DNA of 64,000 bases from NCBI GenBank assembly GCA_965178125.1, contig OZ237759.1, forward strand, positions 248,001 through 312,000, written 5' to 3'. Shown piece after piece: positions 37,958 to 51,968 of the stretch. The notes below the pieces were generated by a model, which saw nothing but the letters and a program-made list of their open reading frames with translations, was not told the DNA's origin and searched no databases. This stretch comes from Bilabrum cf. latius. Its lineage: Eukaryota. A program made the position numbers and the translations under genes. How positions within the stretch are numbered: position 1 is the first letter of the stretch; every line of letters starts with the position of its first letter.

Positions 37958-38915
37958 TCACTTGCCACCCATGGTCCCCCGAAGCACCCCGGTCGAATCG
38001 GACGAGGGGAAGAAAGCACCGTCCTTCATCTCCGAGTCCAGGTGGTACAGAAGCCCGGGCATGCGTGCATAGGCAAGGGCCTGTTTCCTCACAGAGTCCT
38101 TCTCCTCTGTTTCCATCACCTGGTGCCGCAGGAACGGCTGCAGGAAAGCCGCCGTCTGCTCGTCACCTTCCTCCCGCGAGAGTGATGCAAGCTTCTCGAT
38201 GTTCTTGGTTGTGTCTAGCTCGGCCTGCGCGGCGCTGTTGAACACGTCGATCGGTTTCTTCCAGCCCTCGATGAGTCCCTCGACCCTCTCCGCCGTGGTG
38301 CTCGGCAGCAAGAGGGCGGCGTCATCCACCCCGCGGTCGATCAAATAGTCCATGAATAGGAGCGCGTGCTTGTGCTCATCGGCGGCCTCGGCCCTGCGGT
38401 CATCAGGAGGCTTGCAGTGTGGTGCTCTCGCGTGACGTGACGACTGGGAAAGTGCGTAGGATCGACACCTACCCTCGTAAATTGTGCTCTCACCTGGCCC
38501 AAGAAGCTAGTCCGTCGAAATTGGCCCGCCGGAAGAAAATTGAAGCTTGTAAGTATGCCTGCGAGTGAGTTTACTTGCACAAGAACGACTTGAGGGCCAG
38601 TAAATACGGGACGTCGAGCCGGAACCGTTCCAACTGCAACTACACAACTGTTCTCACCTGCTCGTTAAACAACTCCGTATTCATCTACTCAATCAAGCCT
38701 TTCGCCACAGATTCTGGCGGAGTGTTGTCTACTTTGAACGCACTCCTTCCTTTGCCAACAGCTGCTTCTGGAACCACTACGGCAGCCATTTCGTCTTCTA
38801 CAAGCACTTCTGATGTGCGGGCACTCCCGGCAATCCGACGCATACGCGTAAAAGTGCACGCCACAGACATTGGTCGAAATACCTGCTTGCATACTTGTTT
38901 CACAGTTGCTAGCAT
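37958..38915 (-). CDS. Ferritin with a probable organellar transit peptide; introns 38558-38657 and 38394-38493
   Basis: The spliced product reads LIE(Q)MNTELFNEQAYLQASIFF...GLASWARAEAADEHKHALLFMDYL...AELDTT...FLRHQVME...LYHLDSEM, the ferroxidase four-helix pattern. Confidence 0.82.
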
Positions 38916-39181
38916 AATATGAGGATTTGATCCAGGCAGCGTCCGTATCTCGGATAAGTGCGACGTCGTTGCGGGATCGGCAAACCAGACGCCGTTGTAC
39001 GAACGATTCGGAGTGCTAAGCTATTCACCACTGGTCTTTCGACTTGTGTTTGCAGGCTGTGCGAACAGTGTACGCGTACGAATTGAGGGCGCCCACCGAT
39101 CGCTGTCTGTTTCCCGATTCCAGCCACCGTGTCGCCGGCACCACCGCGAGCATCCAGCCTTAGCCTGAGGCAACTTGAAGC

Positions 39182-41446
39182 TCACTTGCGCACTGCCCCC
39201 AGCAATGCATCCATGTGGTCGTTCAAAAGCACCCCCTGCGGATCCCTCCGACCCCTCAGCTCCTCGAACCTGGCCAGTCGCTCGCCGAACCGGGCCCTCA
39301 CGACCGCAAGGGCCTCAGCCCGGTCCTGCGCACTCGTCACGCTTGATCGCGCCGCCAACGTCTCCCAATCGGCATCCATTGATGCATCCTTGGCGGCGCC
39401 CCCTTCGTCTCCTTCTTCTATGTGTCCTCTCCCATCCCCATCCTCATTCCCATGCCCATTCCCATCCCCAACCCCATTCTCATTCTCGTCCGGCACCAGC
39501 TCGATCTTGGCCCAATGCTGCGCCGCCTCGAAGGGCCCCCACAGCTCCCGCCTCCAGAGCCCCTCGTACGCCTTGAAGGCCGCCGTGATGCGCTCCCTCT
39601 GCGCCTCGTCCTGTGTGGGAAGGTACATGATGATGCCCACCCAGGAGAAGACCTACTCGGGGTCCTGGCTGTAGGCGGGTGACATGGGTGACCGGCTCCG
39701 GGCCGTCCACCTCTGTTCGATGGGACAGGCAGCAGGGGTGCCTATGCCCTCGATCATTGCGAGCAGCCGCAGCATAAAGGCCATGTCAGGTGCATCAGAC
39801 CCAGCAGGGGTAGAGCCATCAGAGGGCGAGGAGGATGAGGAGATCTTGTCGGCAGCTGGAGGTGTCGTTGTTGTTGTTGGTGGCGGTCCATTGGCCAGCT
39901 CCCGGAGGTCTTTCAGGCTCCGAGTCCCGAGCCTGCCGGCGGGGAAGCACACCTCACTGACCCACTGTTGCCCCCCGCAGTCAAAGCCCAGCAGCTCGTC
40001 GCTCCATCCCTCCCTCGTGCTGCCGCTGATGCCCCGCCAGTACTCCGCCTCCGCTGCGTTCACGCGCTGCACCCATCCTGAGCTGAGTGGATCCCGGGCC
40101 AGGAGGAGATCCCTCAGGCCGGTGAAGCCCATCTCCAGCAGCCCCTCCTCGGACACTTGGCCCTCCCCAGCCTGCTCCTCCCGATCCACCACCAGTCCGA
40201 CAGCCCTTGCCAGCTCGCGCATGGCCGACTCAGGGGCGGCACCCATCGAGCTGTCGTGCAGTGCACCCGCTTCCACCGCGCGTCTGCATTCCTCCGTCAG
40301 CCCGAGATTACTGCCGCGGTTTCCCGCGGAACTGTTTCCGCGCGTATCACCAGGGAACAACTCCTGGCCATGGTCCATGTCCGTCGCCCGCACGGCCTCC
40401 CCCGCCGCTCTGAGCCTGGCCTCGTCCTCGTGGGTGGAGGGGTCGCAGGCCACCACCACCACGGCGTCTGTGTACGGCAGCCACATGTAGCGCACGTGAC
40501 GATGGCTGCGCAATCGCTCCGCGTGGCCCTTGACCGCCTGTTCCCTGGATATGACGAACGTTCGCTCGGTGAGGCGGTGCCTGGGCACGGCCCTGACAGT
40601 GAGCGAGGTCACCACACCCAGGGTGCCCAGGCCCACCCGGGTCATCAGAAAGTCGTCTGTCGGATTTGAGGCTGCATTCCTTAGAGGGTTTACTTGAGGC
40701 GGCTGCGTCGACTGTGTGGGTATGCTATCGCAGCCCGAGTGGCAGCCGAGCTGCACTATCCCGGTTGGGTGCTCGGTCGAGGGTGGCACCACCACAGTCA
40801 TCCCAAGCACCGTCTCATCGACCGGAGGGATCGTCACACCGGTCCCATGCGCCGATACTTGCGTGAACCCGGCCATCTGCTGGTCGTCGATCGAGGCGTA
40901 ATTCTGCAGCACGAGGCCGTGACGTCGCAATGCCGCAGTTACTTGCTTCACCCTTACACCGGCCTGCACCCGCACAGTTCCAGTATGCGTATCAATGGAT
41001 TGTATGCTGTCTTGTAGTGCGACAGAAATCATTCCATCCCTTGACAACCCGCATCCATTTGGCGAAATCTGTGAGCCAACTGCTCGGATTCTGCTGCTTA
41101 GCGCAGCGCGTGATCCGAGGGACTTTGCTACGGCGGCCTCGCTCTCAGGTGTTTCAAAATATGGTGCGTGGACCGCGTGGGTGCCGGACCAATTCTGATA
41201 TTCTGCCGACTCTATAACCGGCCTCGCCGTGCTGGACACGTCACTGGTAACAACAGGTGCTGTGCCAGCCAACTCTGGACCGACATCGCCTGCGTGCACT
41301 GCAACATGGGGATCTTCCAACTCATGCACTAAATTCCTCTCGGCCTCGCAATCTCCAAGCTATTTGTAAGCAATTGCAACAGCTGCTACAAGCCCTGAAC
41401 CGATCGCTCCTGCTGGTTTGTTGTAGCGGCGGCACAACGATACCAT
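39182..41446 (-). CDS. GLDH: L-galactono-1,4-lactone dehydrogenase (FAD-linked, ascorbate biosynthesis)
   Basis: NWSGTH, VGSQISPNG, LQNYASI, QVSAHGTG, FDCGGQQWVSEVCF, PIEQRWTARSRSPMSPA, FSWVGIIMYLP and HWAKIE. TAG at 39653 joins the two halves. Confidence 0.9.
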
Positions 41447-41653
41447 CTACCGGAGTCGTGATGTCAACGTTAGTGTGCGACTCATGGATGATTTGAACAT
41501 CTAAACGACAAGAGATGTATAGTGTTCATGTATGGGTTTGGCTGCTGGTGTAAGCATAGTATTGCGACCAAAAAGGTTGTGCACTGCACGGTCCCGGAAA
41601 TTGCGACGTCAGGAACTATACCAACAGTTCAAGCAATCGGCCGTTTACGCAAC

Positions 41654-44600
41654 ATGTTTGCCAAAATGAAAAGGGGATTCGATGACTCTCTTATGTGCGC
41701 CTTGTTGCTCGTCATGTGTTCATGCCTGAACAAAACAAGCTGCACGTCTGTTGTGCCTGCAATGCATAGCTAGAGACCGCAGCTGTCTATTCCAATTGGA
41801 ATGCAGCCTTCAGAGGGCCATTTCGGAGGATCCAGCTTTCAAGTAGGCAACTCCTCAATTGATGCGGTAGTGAATGGTGAGTTCGAAGGATAGAGGTCGT
41901 TTCGAGTTCTGTTGATACACTTCACTAGTAGTGTCAATGACCGCAATTGTTGAGCTGAACACTGCAGATACATGGTACTCGTCCAGCGGCCCAGTTGAAT
42001 TAGGCGTTGGCGGCTTGCAGTGCCGAGATTGTCGGATTCTGTCATCAGCGAAGGCAAGAGTTGCCTCTGGGGCCGGAAGCCTGGCATACAGTCTCGCATC
42101 GCGACCATGGATGAATCAAATTGGACTATACTCGTACTGGAAAGATATGTACTTTAGATGGGAGTGGCCTATCGGACCTGGTATTCCCAGTCAGCGTACT
42201 AGGAATACAACAAGTGAGATGCCAACACATTGATGGTCCGGACAGCAGCTGCTTCCTAGGGTATTTCAATACGGCGCTGATCCTTTATACTTACCTCGCA
42301 GAGTATTTAATACCTTCTCGCTCGGTGCCAACTAATGCGCCGGCCCTCGTGACCCCCCAGCTGCAGCCGGCGCACCTTGGCCACAACGCCAGCGACTACG
42401 CGATGAGCCTCCCCACCAGGGCGGCCGAGCCGTGGAGCGTGGAGAACTGGTTCGCCACCTTGTCAATTTTATCAGGTTCATTGTACAGCCAAAGTTGGCA
42501 GGCGTATGCCACGACTCCATCGCTGGCCAGTGGAGGGTACAGGGATGGGTTTGCCCCTTCTTCGACTGGAGCCCGCTCAGGCTTCGGGGCACAATTTCAC
42601 GCCAAAGTTCTGGGCAGTCCTGTGGAGACACAACTATGCTTTGTAATTTCTGTGGTATTATGTCCCCGTACTATATACAGTCTCGCCAACACAACCTGGA
42701 ACACCACCATTGAGGGCAACGACGTCTGCAGGCAGCTCACCGTGTGGCCCCCCAAGCAAAGGTGGCCGGCCGTGCGGAGCTCAGGCAGTGGAGATGGGCC
42801 ACCAAACTCGACCTGTCCAGTGTGGAAAGGCCGCAATATCGACAGCTTTCAACCCAGCCTTCAAATAGCGGAACCCGCCACAGCCAAGCAGATTCGCATG
42901 TGTTCCAGTGGCACAGTGGACCTGCGGCAGCGCAACGACGTCTAGGCCAAGTATGGAACGCCCCGCTGGCATCAATCTCTCATGACCGTGTACCCGCCTG
43001 GAACAGTGGCCGTGCTTCCCATCACCCCCGGGTCCCCCATCGTGGGGGATAGCCCCGACTACCAGTGGAGGGTCAATCGGGCGCACGTGGTGGCAATGAC
43101 GGTCGATGCCGCCCCCTCAGCTCTGTTTGACAACAACACGATCTCAACGATGGGTGCAGCCTAGCCATCGGGTCGTAGTGTTACGCAGTGTACTGTGATC
43201 CCTTCTGCTGCCAATGACAAGGGGTATGGGGATGAAACGAAGGGCATTCAGGTGCTGCTGGACGACCCCTGGTGCGTCCAGGGCCGCAACTGCACCCCCG
43301 ACGTGGGCATGGCCTCGTGGAACTCCACGCCCAGCCTGACGCATCTGCTGGAGCAGTACAGCAGGACGGATGCGGTGAGCGGGCTGTTCCCTCGGGTAAG
43401 GATGGGGTGCGCGTTAGCATACGACGTGGACCACGCTGCGTGGAACGTGGACCTGATGCCGACCGACCTGCCGGCTTCTCAGAACACGTTCGGGTTTGGA
43501 CTCGGCGACACTTGGCGCCCGTATCGGAGCCCTTACTTTGTTTCTGCTCCGCTGCTTCCCGCCACGTCTGCGAGGTACCCCATCGCTGCCGGCACCCCGC
43601 CCAACGTTACCTCCAACTACACGGGTGGGCTTGGTCGATACTCAACGTTCGATCACTGCGTGCCTCGTCCCCCGGTCGACTAGGGGCTGCCAAGGCAAGA
43701 GCCCGCTGTAGTTGGCCCGCTGGCCGTGTACCGTGGTGCCGTCCCCTCCCGCATCTTCCCGCTGCACCCGGACAGCTCCCTGCCGCGCATCCAGGGGGGC
43801 TCGTGGGTCTGCCACCGATCCAGCCTGCTGGGCAACTTCGCGGGCCGGCCCGTGTGCGTGGCAGTGTGCGATAATCCCACCCGGCTGCCAGTAGATGTGG
43901 GCCTGGAGCAGTCTGGGGGTGCTTGGGAGCAGGTGGCGAGCGTGGTGCGGGTGTGGTACGGCGAGTGGCTTGGTCACCCTCGGCTGCGCCAATCGGATAA
44001 TCTGCTGTAGTTGGACCGTCTAGCTCGGGCCCCTGCGGTAGCTCCGCTTGACCCTTCGTTGAACAAGACGAGGCATGAGCATTGGCCCATGTATCAGGCC
44101 GGTGGCGAGCTCAGTAGCCCCGACATGGTGTGCAGCAGGGATGTGCCGGCAGACAAACACATGCACGCAGGATACAGCCCAGATTGGGCATCGCGGGAGC
44201 GCGTGTCGCATGCAGTGCTCACATTTGACCTTCTATTTGACAGGAACGTGTGGCTGCCTGCACAGGCCATGGCAATCTGGTGGGGCGCGGATCAGCCGCC
44301 TGGGTTAGACTACCCGAACCCTGGCCCAACTCAGCTCAGGTGGATGATTGCAGACCTAACGAGTGACCTGGCAGACCTGGCAGGGGACTGGGGTATACTC
44401 AGAGCGTGGCATATCTCTGTGGACAGGGTGCAAGCGAACGCAACTGCAACTGGCCTGCATGCATGTCCCGCAGACCGCCCTGTCCTGCCCATGCGCATCT
44501 CAGTGACCGTGCACATTCAACCGGTGCACATCGATCCAGAAGAGAAACAGCCGGTGGAGCATTTGTAGCAACGCGCTCGGTCCGCCGGCGCCGTGGCCCA

Positions 44601-46710
44601 GCGCCTGGCCGCCACTCTCCGGGGCCAGCGACCGGGCAGCGAGGGCGGCACCTGGCTGCTGGCGGTGGATCCCGAGTCCGTGTCGTACAGCGTGCAGCTG
44701 CCATGCCTGAAGGCGATGGACAAGGTAAGAGCAGAGCACTGCGAGCAGGAGTGGGGCGTGCTACTTGGGCAGTCGACGATGTGGCCGCAGCTGGTGCTTG
44801 CTGGTGTCAGCGTGCTTGTCTTTATCTCCTCTCTCTGTGGGGCTATCGACGTGAGGGCCATGAGAGACACACTGTATTCCTATGGTCACGGACACAACGG
44901 AACCGGTCATGATTCTGCTGATGCTAGTGAAGTACATGATGGACTGCATGATACGCATCCAGCGTGGGAAGACGGCGTCCGAAGGGCTCGAACGGAGCCA
45001 AGTCGCGGTGATGACACCACTGCCCCCGCTTGGCACGACTTGTCAGGTGGAAGTGCTGCTGCTGTCAGGGTTGCTTGGCTTTGGACGCTGGTGGTGACCC
45101 TCGTGTATGCCGAGTGCTCGCTGCCTGCACTGGTGCTGGGACTGGGGCTGGTGATCATGTGCGTGGTTCGACTCGGAATGGTGCTCGGGTGTGGGCTAGA
45201 TCTGCTTGGGTCTGCTGCTGAGGCGGGGCGAGCTGCGAGGACTAGCGGCGGCGCCAGTGGCCTGGGCTTAGGACAAGCACAGGTCACGGACGCGACGTAC
45301 GCTGACCACAGTCCCGGTATGGCTGGTGAACACGAGGCTCGGGATGCTTCCACCCTGCAATGTCTGTGTGGTGATCGGTGCAAACCGGGTGGCTCTTTTA
45401 TGCACTGCTGCGACGGATGCAACGCCATGTGTGCCAGAATAACGGCCGCACTCGTTGGTGCTGGTGGGTGGGGAGATTCATCCGAGAACCAAACATCCGG
45501 AGAGTCTGACCCTGCCGCGCTGTGGACAAGTGTGGGGGCTCCCCTTCAGGGCCGACAGCTGAGGAGGGCGGGGCGCAAGACGGATGGGACCGAGCAGGCA
45601 TGGGCTCCTCCTGAGATTGACAGGGGTCGGGGAAAGCCGGTTCCTTCTGCCGGTGGGTCTGCCAATTCGCCTAAGGCAGCAGCAAACTGGAACAATGCAT
45701 CGCATCAAGATCCTAGCAGCCGCCCACAAGGCTCTGCGTCGAGGCTGGCCAGGACCAGACTGGCGCTGAGACAAGCGGCGGTGCAGAGCAAGCACGTCGT
45801 CTAGGCCGGGACCACTAGGGCGCGTGCGAGGCAGTGGTCAGACTCGAACTCCATTTCGGACTCGGAAGATTTCCCGTACGACCCACGGAGCTCTCTGCAT
45901 GACCTGGCAGGTTCCATGGACTTCTTGGACACCGAGGATGGGTAGATGGGTCACAAGTATGGAGGGGCGCTGGAGCATGGTCAACCCAACCATGAGCAGA
46001 GGGGGGATGCAAGTAAAACCGACGATGACCATCGAGCCACCCCAACCGCTGTCCAACGACGCCATGCACCGCCTAGATCAAAAGATCAGGATCCTGCGGT
46101 ATTGACAGACAGGCTACAGAGCTATGCCTCCAGCGAGGACCGAGCCATCGCTGGACTGGCCCGCATGCAGGCCCTGCAGCCCGCCCTCTTCTCGGCCATC
46201 AGGGGCCTGTCCGTGCTGGCATGGGAGGCTCAGGCAGCCGCGGCATGGATGGCATACAGGGACGATGTGCAGGCAGCCAGGCATGTCAACAAGCGGCCGT
46301 TGCTGCAGGGCCATGCAGACAATAATGGTGTTGGGCAAAAGGAAGGGCCCCGCAAGTCTCCGCAAGAGCTGGCTTGGCGGGCACTGCAGCTGCGCCTTGG
46401 CGTTGTGCACAGGTACGGATGGTGGCTTCGCCTGGCGGAGGACGTGCTGGTGGCGGGCGTGCTGGTGTGGGTGGTGCTGTGCGTGCTCGGGGTGTGTGGC
46501 TGGCAGGAGTGCTCGCTGGCAGCGGCTCAGCTGGCAGCGGGCGGGGATGATGCCGAGCTACTTCGGTCAGTGCTCCAGGAGTCGGAGGATCGCGCTGTGT
46601 ATGGGCTGGAGCCCGTACTGGTGGGTCTGCAGCGGCTGCAGCTGCTGAGCGTGTCGGTGCCGATGGTGATGCTTACTCGAGTGCTCGGAGTGGTAGGTCG
46701 CTTTGCATGA
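41654..46710 (+). CDS. Large hypothetical membrane protein (about 1500+ aa); 5' exons and start uncertain
   Basis: Seven ORF-track pieces from 42121 to 46710 share one frame and are separated only by TAG. Likely introns near 41900-41967 and 42214-42301. Signal-like and transmembrane segments. Confidence 0.6.
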
Positions 46711-47029
46711 CCCCTCGTAGTAAAGCGCATCCGATGGATGGATTATGTAAGCATTGGATACAGATTATGTAGCAATATGACACAGTCCACCTCCTCCTTA
46801 TAACCTTATCGGCACCGCGATCGCTTTTGGCCCTTTGTTGACATCCAAGATCCCGATTTGCCGTAGCAGTTCTCTGAACTTGAGAGTCTGAAGCCATAGT
46901 ATACCATAATATGGTAACCAAATCCTCCTACCCTCCATACGCTGCAAGTTCAAGAGTCGAGTTGAGACGCGGATGAGCAGCTCCCATTGAACAATGCAAG
47001 TCTTATTAATAACTCAAGAAACCAAAAAT

Positions 47030-50000
47030 TCATGACACTGAGCAAATCGACGAGCCCTTCGCCGCCAAGTCGTCCTGCGCTTTCTTCGCGTCCGCCTCGG
47101 CCTTCTCACGGGCCGTCTTCTCCTCTGCCAACTGCTTCTTGAGCGCCTCTAGCTCGCTCAGAGCGCCCTTGCCCGCGTCACCGGAGGCTTGCCGCAGCAC
47201 GTCTGCCTCCTGCTTGGCCCTGCTCGCCTCGTCCCTGAGCCGGTCCATCTCCTCCTTCTGCGCCGCCTCTATCTTGGCCTTCTCCGCCGCAATGGCAGTG
47301 CGCACCTGTTCGTCGCTGCCACCCGCGGCAGCACCCCCGGCAGCAGCGGCGCCTGCCCCTGCCCCGCTCCCCCCGGCTGCTCTCGCCTCCGCCAGCTCCC
47401 TCTCCAGCTCTTGCCTCCTCTGCGCCTCCCTCTGCAGCGCCTCATCCTTCTCCTGGATCTGCTTCTCCCTGGCCTCGATCTCCTGGGCGGCCGCCTGCTT
47501 CGCCTTGAGCTCGGCATCGATCGCCACCTGCGAGATGATAGACTGCCGGGCGGACTTGCCCGCCTTGGCCGTGCCGTCATCAGGGGTGCCCCACACCTGC
47601 AGCACCATGCTCTGAGTGCCCACGTACTCCAGGAACTCCTTGGTCACAACCACCGAGAAGGTCTTCCGGTGGTTGAAGTTAGGGTTCATGGCCTTGCCCT
47701 TGACCGGCACCGTCTGGTGCCACCTGTCGTCCAAGAAGAACTTGTACTTTACGTGCACGTCCACGCTTTGGTCCTTGGGCAGCGATCGGGCGCCCTCGAT
47801 GATGAGGGTGAAGTTCACCTTGCGGCCCTCCAGCTGCTCGAGCTGGTCCACGAACGTGGGCTCCCCGTCGTCCCCCTCAATCTCGATCCCGTCGTCCTCG
47901 TCCTCCCCCTCCGGGGGTTCTGGAGTCAGGTGCGGGATCAGCTTGAGCAGCAGCTTGCCCACCTCCTTGCCCTGATGGTTCAAGATGGCCACACTCTCCT
48001 GGATGGGCAGCGCGTGGACCAGCGAGTCCAGCAGCAGCCTCACCTTGCCCAGCTCCAGCGGGACCGCAACGATGTGGAACGGGTCCTCCTCGGGGTCGAT
48101 GAAACCGGTGCGACCCACGTCCCGGTCGGCCTCCAAGAACTCCTGGTAGAACTCCCGCATGATGTACAGCCGCTCCATGAACTCTTCGTGAGCCCACAGC
48201 GCGCGCAGAGGACCCTTCTTCTTGGGCTGCGCCAGCACGTACACCTCAGTGTCGAGCTCGGCGTCCTCCTGCTCCTTGCTCTCCTCGTCTTCATCTTCCT
48301 CGTCCTCATCCTCCTCATCGTCCTCCTCGCCGTCCTTGGACTCGTCAGCCCCAGCCCCGCTGGCCGGCCCCTGCTGCAGTCTCTTCCTGCCGCCTCTGTA
48401 GGTCGACTCGCCCCTCTGGTTCGCCATGAGCGTCACCTCAAGGGTGACTTCCTTGCCCACCTCCTCGGCGATGGCGTTGGCCTCGTTCACCAGGGGGATG
48501 GTGCGCAGCAGCTTCTCGTCCAGCAGTGTCCTCTCCCGCATCTCCTTCTGCTTCTTGGCGTGTAGCCTCTCCGTCTCCTGGATCTGCTCCTCGAGCTTCT
48601 TCTGCAGTTCCTCCTGCTGCTTCCTGGCCCTCGCCATGAGCTTCTCCTGCTCCTTCTGCATCTCCTGCATGGCCTTCTATTCGCCCGCCTCCTACATCTT
48701 CTTCATCTTCTCCTCGAGAGCAGCCGCGCGCTGCCTCTCCTCCTCCTCTGCCTTCGCCCTCTCCGCCTGCATCTTCTGCTCCAGCGCCTGCACCTTCTCC
48801 TCCGCCTCTTTGCGCATCCGCTCTGCCTCCGCGCGGCGTTCGGCCTCCTGCCTCTGCACGGCCTCCACCTGCGCCTTGTTGACCTCGTTGATCGCGAACT
48901 CGAACGTGATGTCAGTAGGCACGTCGTCCTCCACGGGGGCCGTACCGGCCGCGACCTCGGCGGGGATCTGCACGAGGAACACGTGGTTGTTGCCGAAGAT
49001 GACGCGGTTGCGGTGGTGCAGCTCCACGCCATCCATGCTGTCGATCTCCTTGCCGTTGACGAGGATCTTGGCGCCTTCCTCGCCCGGCTTGAGCGCGATG
49101 CGGCCCCCGGAGTTGATGACCACGGCATGCTTGGTCTTGATCGACAGACCGCCCAGCGTCACATCCATGGCCTCGTCGGCGTCGTCCCTCCCCACCCTCA
49201 GCTGCTTGCCCTCGTCGAAGAAGTGGAAGATCTACCGGTCCATCAGCTGGTCCTCATGCAGGTTGACGATGTTGGGCTCCACCTCCGCGCGCTTGCGGGC
49301 CGCCTCCAGGTCAGCCCCGGTGAGCACACCCAGCGACTTGAGCCGGTCGGTGGCCATCCTAGCGCGCGCGTCCGTGGCCAGCGCGTCCTGCTCCATCTCG
49401 GCCTTCATCTTGGCCTCCATCTCTTCCCTGAGCTTGCGCTCCATCTCCTCCCTGATCTTGGCCTCATCCACGCCGCCGCCGGCGGCCCCGGGCACCATCC
49501 CCGCGCCGCCTCCCCCAAGCTGTGCCTTGAGGGCCATGATCTGCTCCTTGAGCTCACGGATCATCCGCTCGTTCGGGTCCTCGTTCACAACGGCCTTGTT
49601 CTTGATCTTCTTGGCGCGATCAGCGTACCGCAGCGTGGACAGCGTCTCGTCGTAGTTGACGTCTGCTGGGCTCACGGCCGCGATCATGATGGTCTTGGAG
49701 TTGCCTCCCAGCGCGTTTTTGAGCAGCTGCGTGAGCACAGAGTCCCTGAAAGGCACCTTTTTCTTCTTTTTGTGGGCGGGGTCGCTGTTAAAAGCCAGCG
49801 TCTCGATGACCCGACCGAGCGAGGACAGCGACATGTTGATGGCGGAGCCCTCCTTGAGCCGGGCGCCAGAGGCCCCCGTGCCCTTCTGCCTCTCGCTCCC
49901 CGCGAGATCCACCAGGTTGATGACGCTCGTCTTGTCCGTGGCCTTACCCGCGGCTGCGTCTAGCTTGGTCTGCGTGAAGGTGATCTGGAATATAGTGTGG

Positions 50001-51047
50001 GCCCTGGAGGAGGTCTTGTTCATGTTGGTGGATGCCACCGTCCTGGCCTTGCTGCCCGCCTCCATGAGCCTCTCGATGGTCTCGAAGTCCCTGACGGCGT
50101 TCTTGGTCAGGTCCTTGACGAAGAAGCCGATCTTGGGGTCCAGGCGCACCTTGAGCTCCCCCGCGCCAGGGTTGAAGAGGTCCCTGATCTTCTCCATGTA
50201 GATCTCCAGCATGGCCGTCTCCACCTTGAAGGACATGCCCTCCTCGGTGTTGGCGGTGATGCGATCGAAGATCCTGGAGCATGCGATCGGGATGATGCCC
50301 TTGTCCGGCCCGTACCCCATCATCGAGTAGCTCTTCCCCGCGCCGGTCTACCCGTAGGCGAACAGAGAGCAATTGTAGCCGTCGAACGCGTTATTCAGCA
50401 CCCCCACGCCAATGTCTTTCCAAACCGTGTCTTGCGAGGCGTACTTCGGGTCGTCTCGCGGCACGAAGCTGTCGTAACTATAATCGAAGGTAAACTTCTT
50501 CTCCTTCCCTGCGATGATAACTTGCACAAGAAATAGTTAGCCACGGTGAACACTTTAACATAGCCTGGCGCCAACTACTAGACGAATCAAGACGCGCACT
50601 TCGTCTTTTCCGCTGCTGTGTAATGGCCTCAAGACAAACTGGAACTGACGACCGACTAGCCTGCACTTATTGAGCTAGTATAGCTAATATGCACCGGAAA
50701 GCACCACTCGACCCCCGCGATACCACCTTCGCCTCTGCCGAGGGCCGCAGTTGAATCGACATATCGGTTTCTTCTTGGAGCAGCGAATCCTGGTTACGGT
50801 ACCGCATGCACAAACAAACATAGCATACACATAGATTGTTTCACACAATAAGAACCTAAACGTAAGGAAATCAGCGAGATAGCAAGGTCAAAATGGGGTA
50901 CACGTGCTAAAGCCTGCCCTCACCATCGGCTGGGTTGGTGATAATGGTGTCCTTGCCAGACATTGTAATACAGTTCTTCGCGCCCATGTCCTTTTCACGA
51001 CCATTGTAGGGTCGCACTCGCACTGCGACCTTGACGGCTTCCGCCAT
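47030..51047 (-). CDS. Kinesin-3 family motor (motor, FHA, C2-like and coiled-coil regions, C-terminal CaaX-like CSVS); intron 50509-50923
   Basis: [13 protein letters not shown](Q)[52 protein letters not shown] and FHA-like [10 protein letters not shown]. Confidence 0.93.
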
Positions 51048-51371
51048 GGTTTTCAGTCACAAAAGGACGAAGGAAATTTTGGTGCGAATCGAGAAGGCGC
51101 CGCGGTTGTAACCGGTATAACGCGATGGATTGAAGATGAAGATTTAAAACGAGAATTGACGGGAAGCAGAGCCACCACTTCTATTGAGCCCGACACGGCC
51201 CTCGAGGCAGTCGCGCTGCATGATGCAGCAGTAATCCACGCTGCCAGCGTGTGACTGCCAGCAGCAGGGGCGCCGCACCGTGGCCCGTGGCAACGTCCCG
51301 AGGACCACAACCAGCCAAGATAAGCACCTGCCACTTTACATGCAGATCCAACTCTTCTTTTTCTCATCCAT

Positions 51372-51968
51372 TCAGCCGCGCCCCGCCCCCGCGTACCCTC
51401 TGAGGGATACTGCCCTCCCGTCCGGGGCCGTGCCCTCGCCGAACAGAACGGGCACGGGGGCCTTGTCGCCTGCTGCAGCTCCGCCGAAACACGCGGTGTC
51501 ATTGAGGCGAGCCTTGCACGCCTGCTCCGTGTCCGACGACTGGTACCACGAGAAGATGCAGTTAGCGGGAACGAACGGGAATTGGACGATGTCCGTGTCC
51601 TCGTCCTCGTCGTACGTGCCTGCGTCCCAGGTGGTGTCGGGCCCGTCGCTCTGGATTGACACAAAGTACGTGTAGTTGCCCCTGTCCTTGGAATCGGTGA
51701 ACGTGTAGGTCGTGTTCACCTGCACGTCGCCTCCCGAGCCGGTGTTTACGATGTAGATGCCAGTCGTGTTGGACTCGACCGCCTTTGGCGGCTGCTTCTG
51801 GTATGTTGCGCCCCCTGTTGTGCCACTGTAGTACAACGTATCAATGCAGTTGTTGATGTGGACCTCCAGCGTTCTACGAACAAGCGAAAATACCAAAAAG
51901 GGTAGCGAAACATCGACAGCAACAAAGATCCACCGCACCACTGCTTTGCACGGCTTACTATGCCGCAT
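51372..51968 (-). CDS. Hypothetical protein (last exon well supported, 5' structure uncertain)
   Basis: 198-codon ORF with strong GC3 bias in its 3' two-thirds. Possible intron GTAAGC...TAG near 51874-51958. Confidence 0.45.
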   Translation of the reverse strand: MRHSKPCKAVVRWIFVAVDVSLPFLVFSLVRRTLEVHINNCIDTLYYSGTTGGATYQKQPPKAVESNTTGIYIVNTGSGGDVQVNTTYTFTDSKDRGNYTYFVSIQSDGPDTTWDAGTYDEDEDTDIVQFPFVPANCIFSWYQSSDTEQACKARLNDTACFGGAAAGDKAPVPVLFGEGTAPDGRAVSLRGYAGAGRG

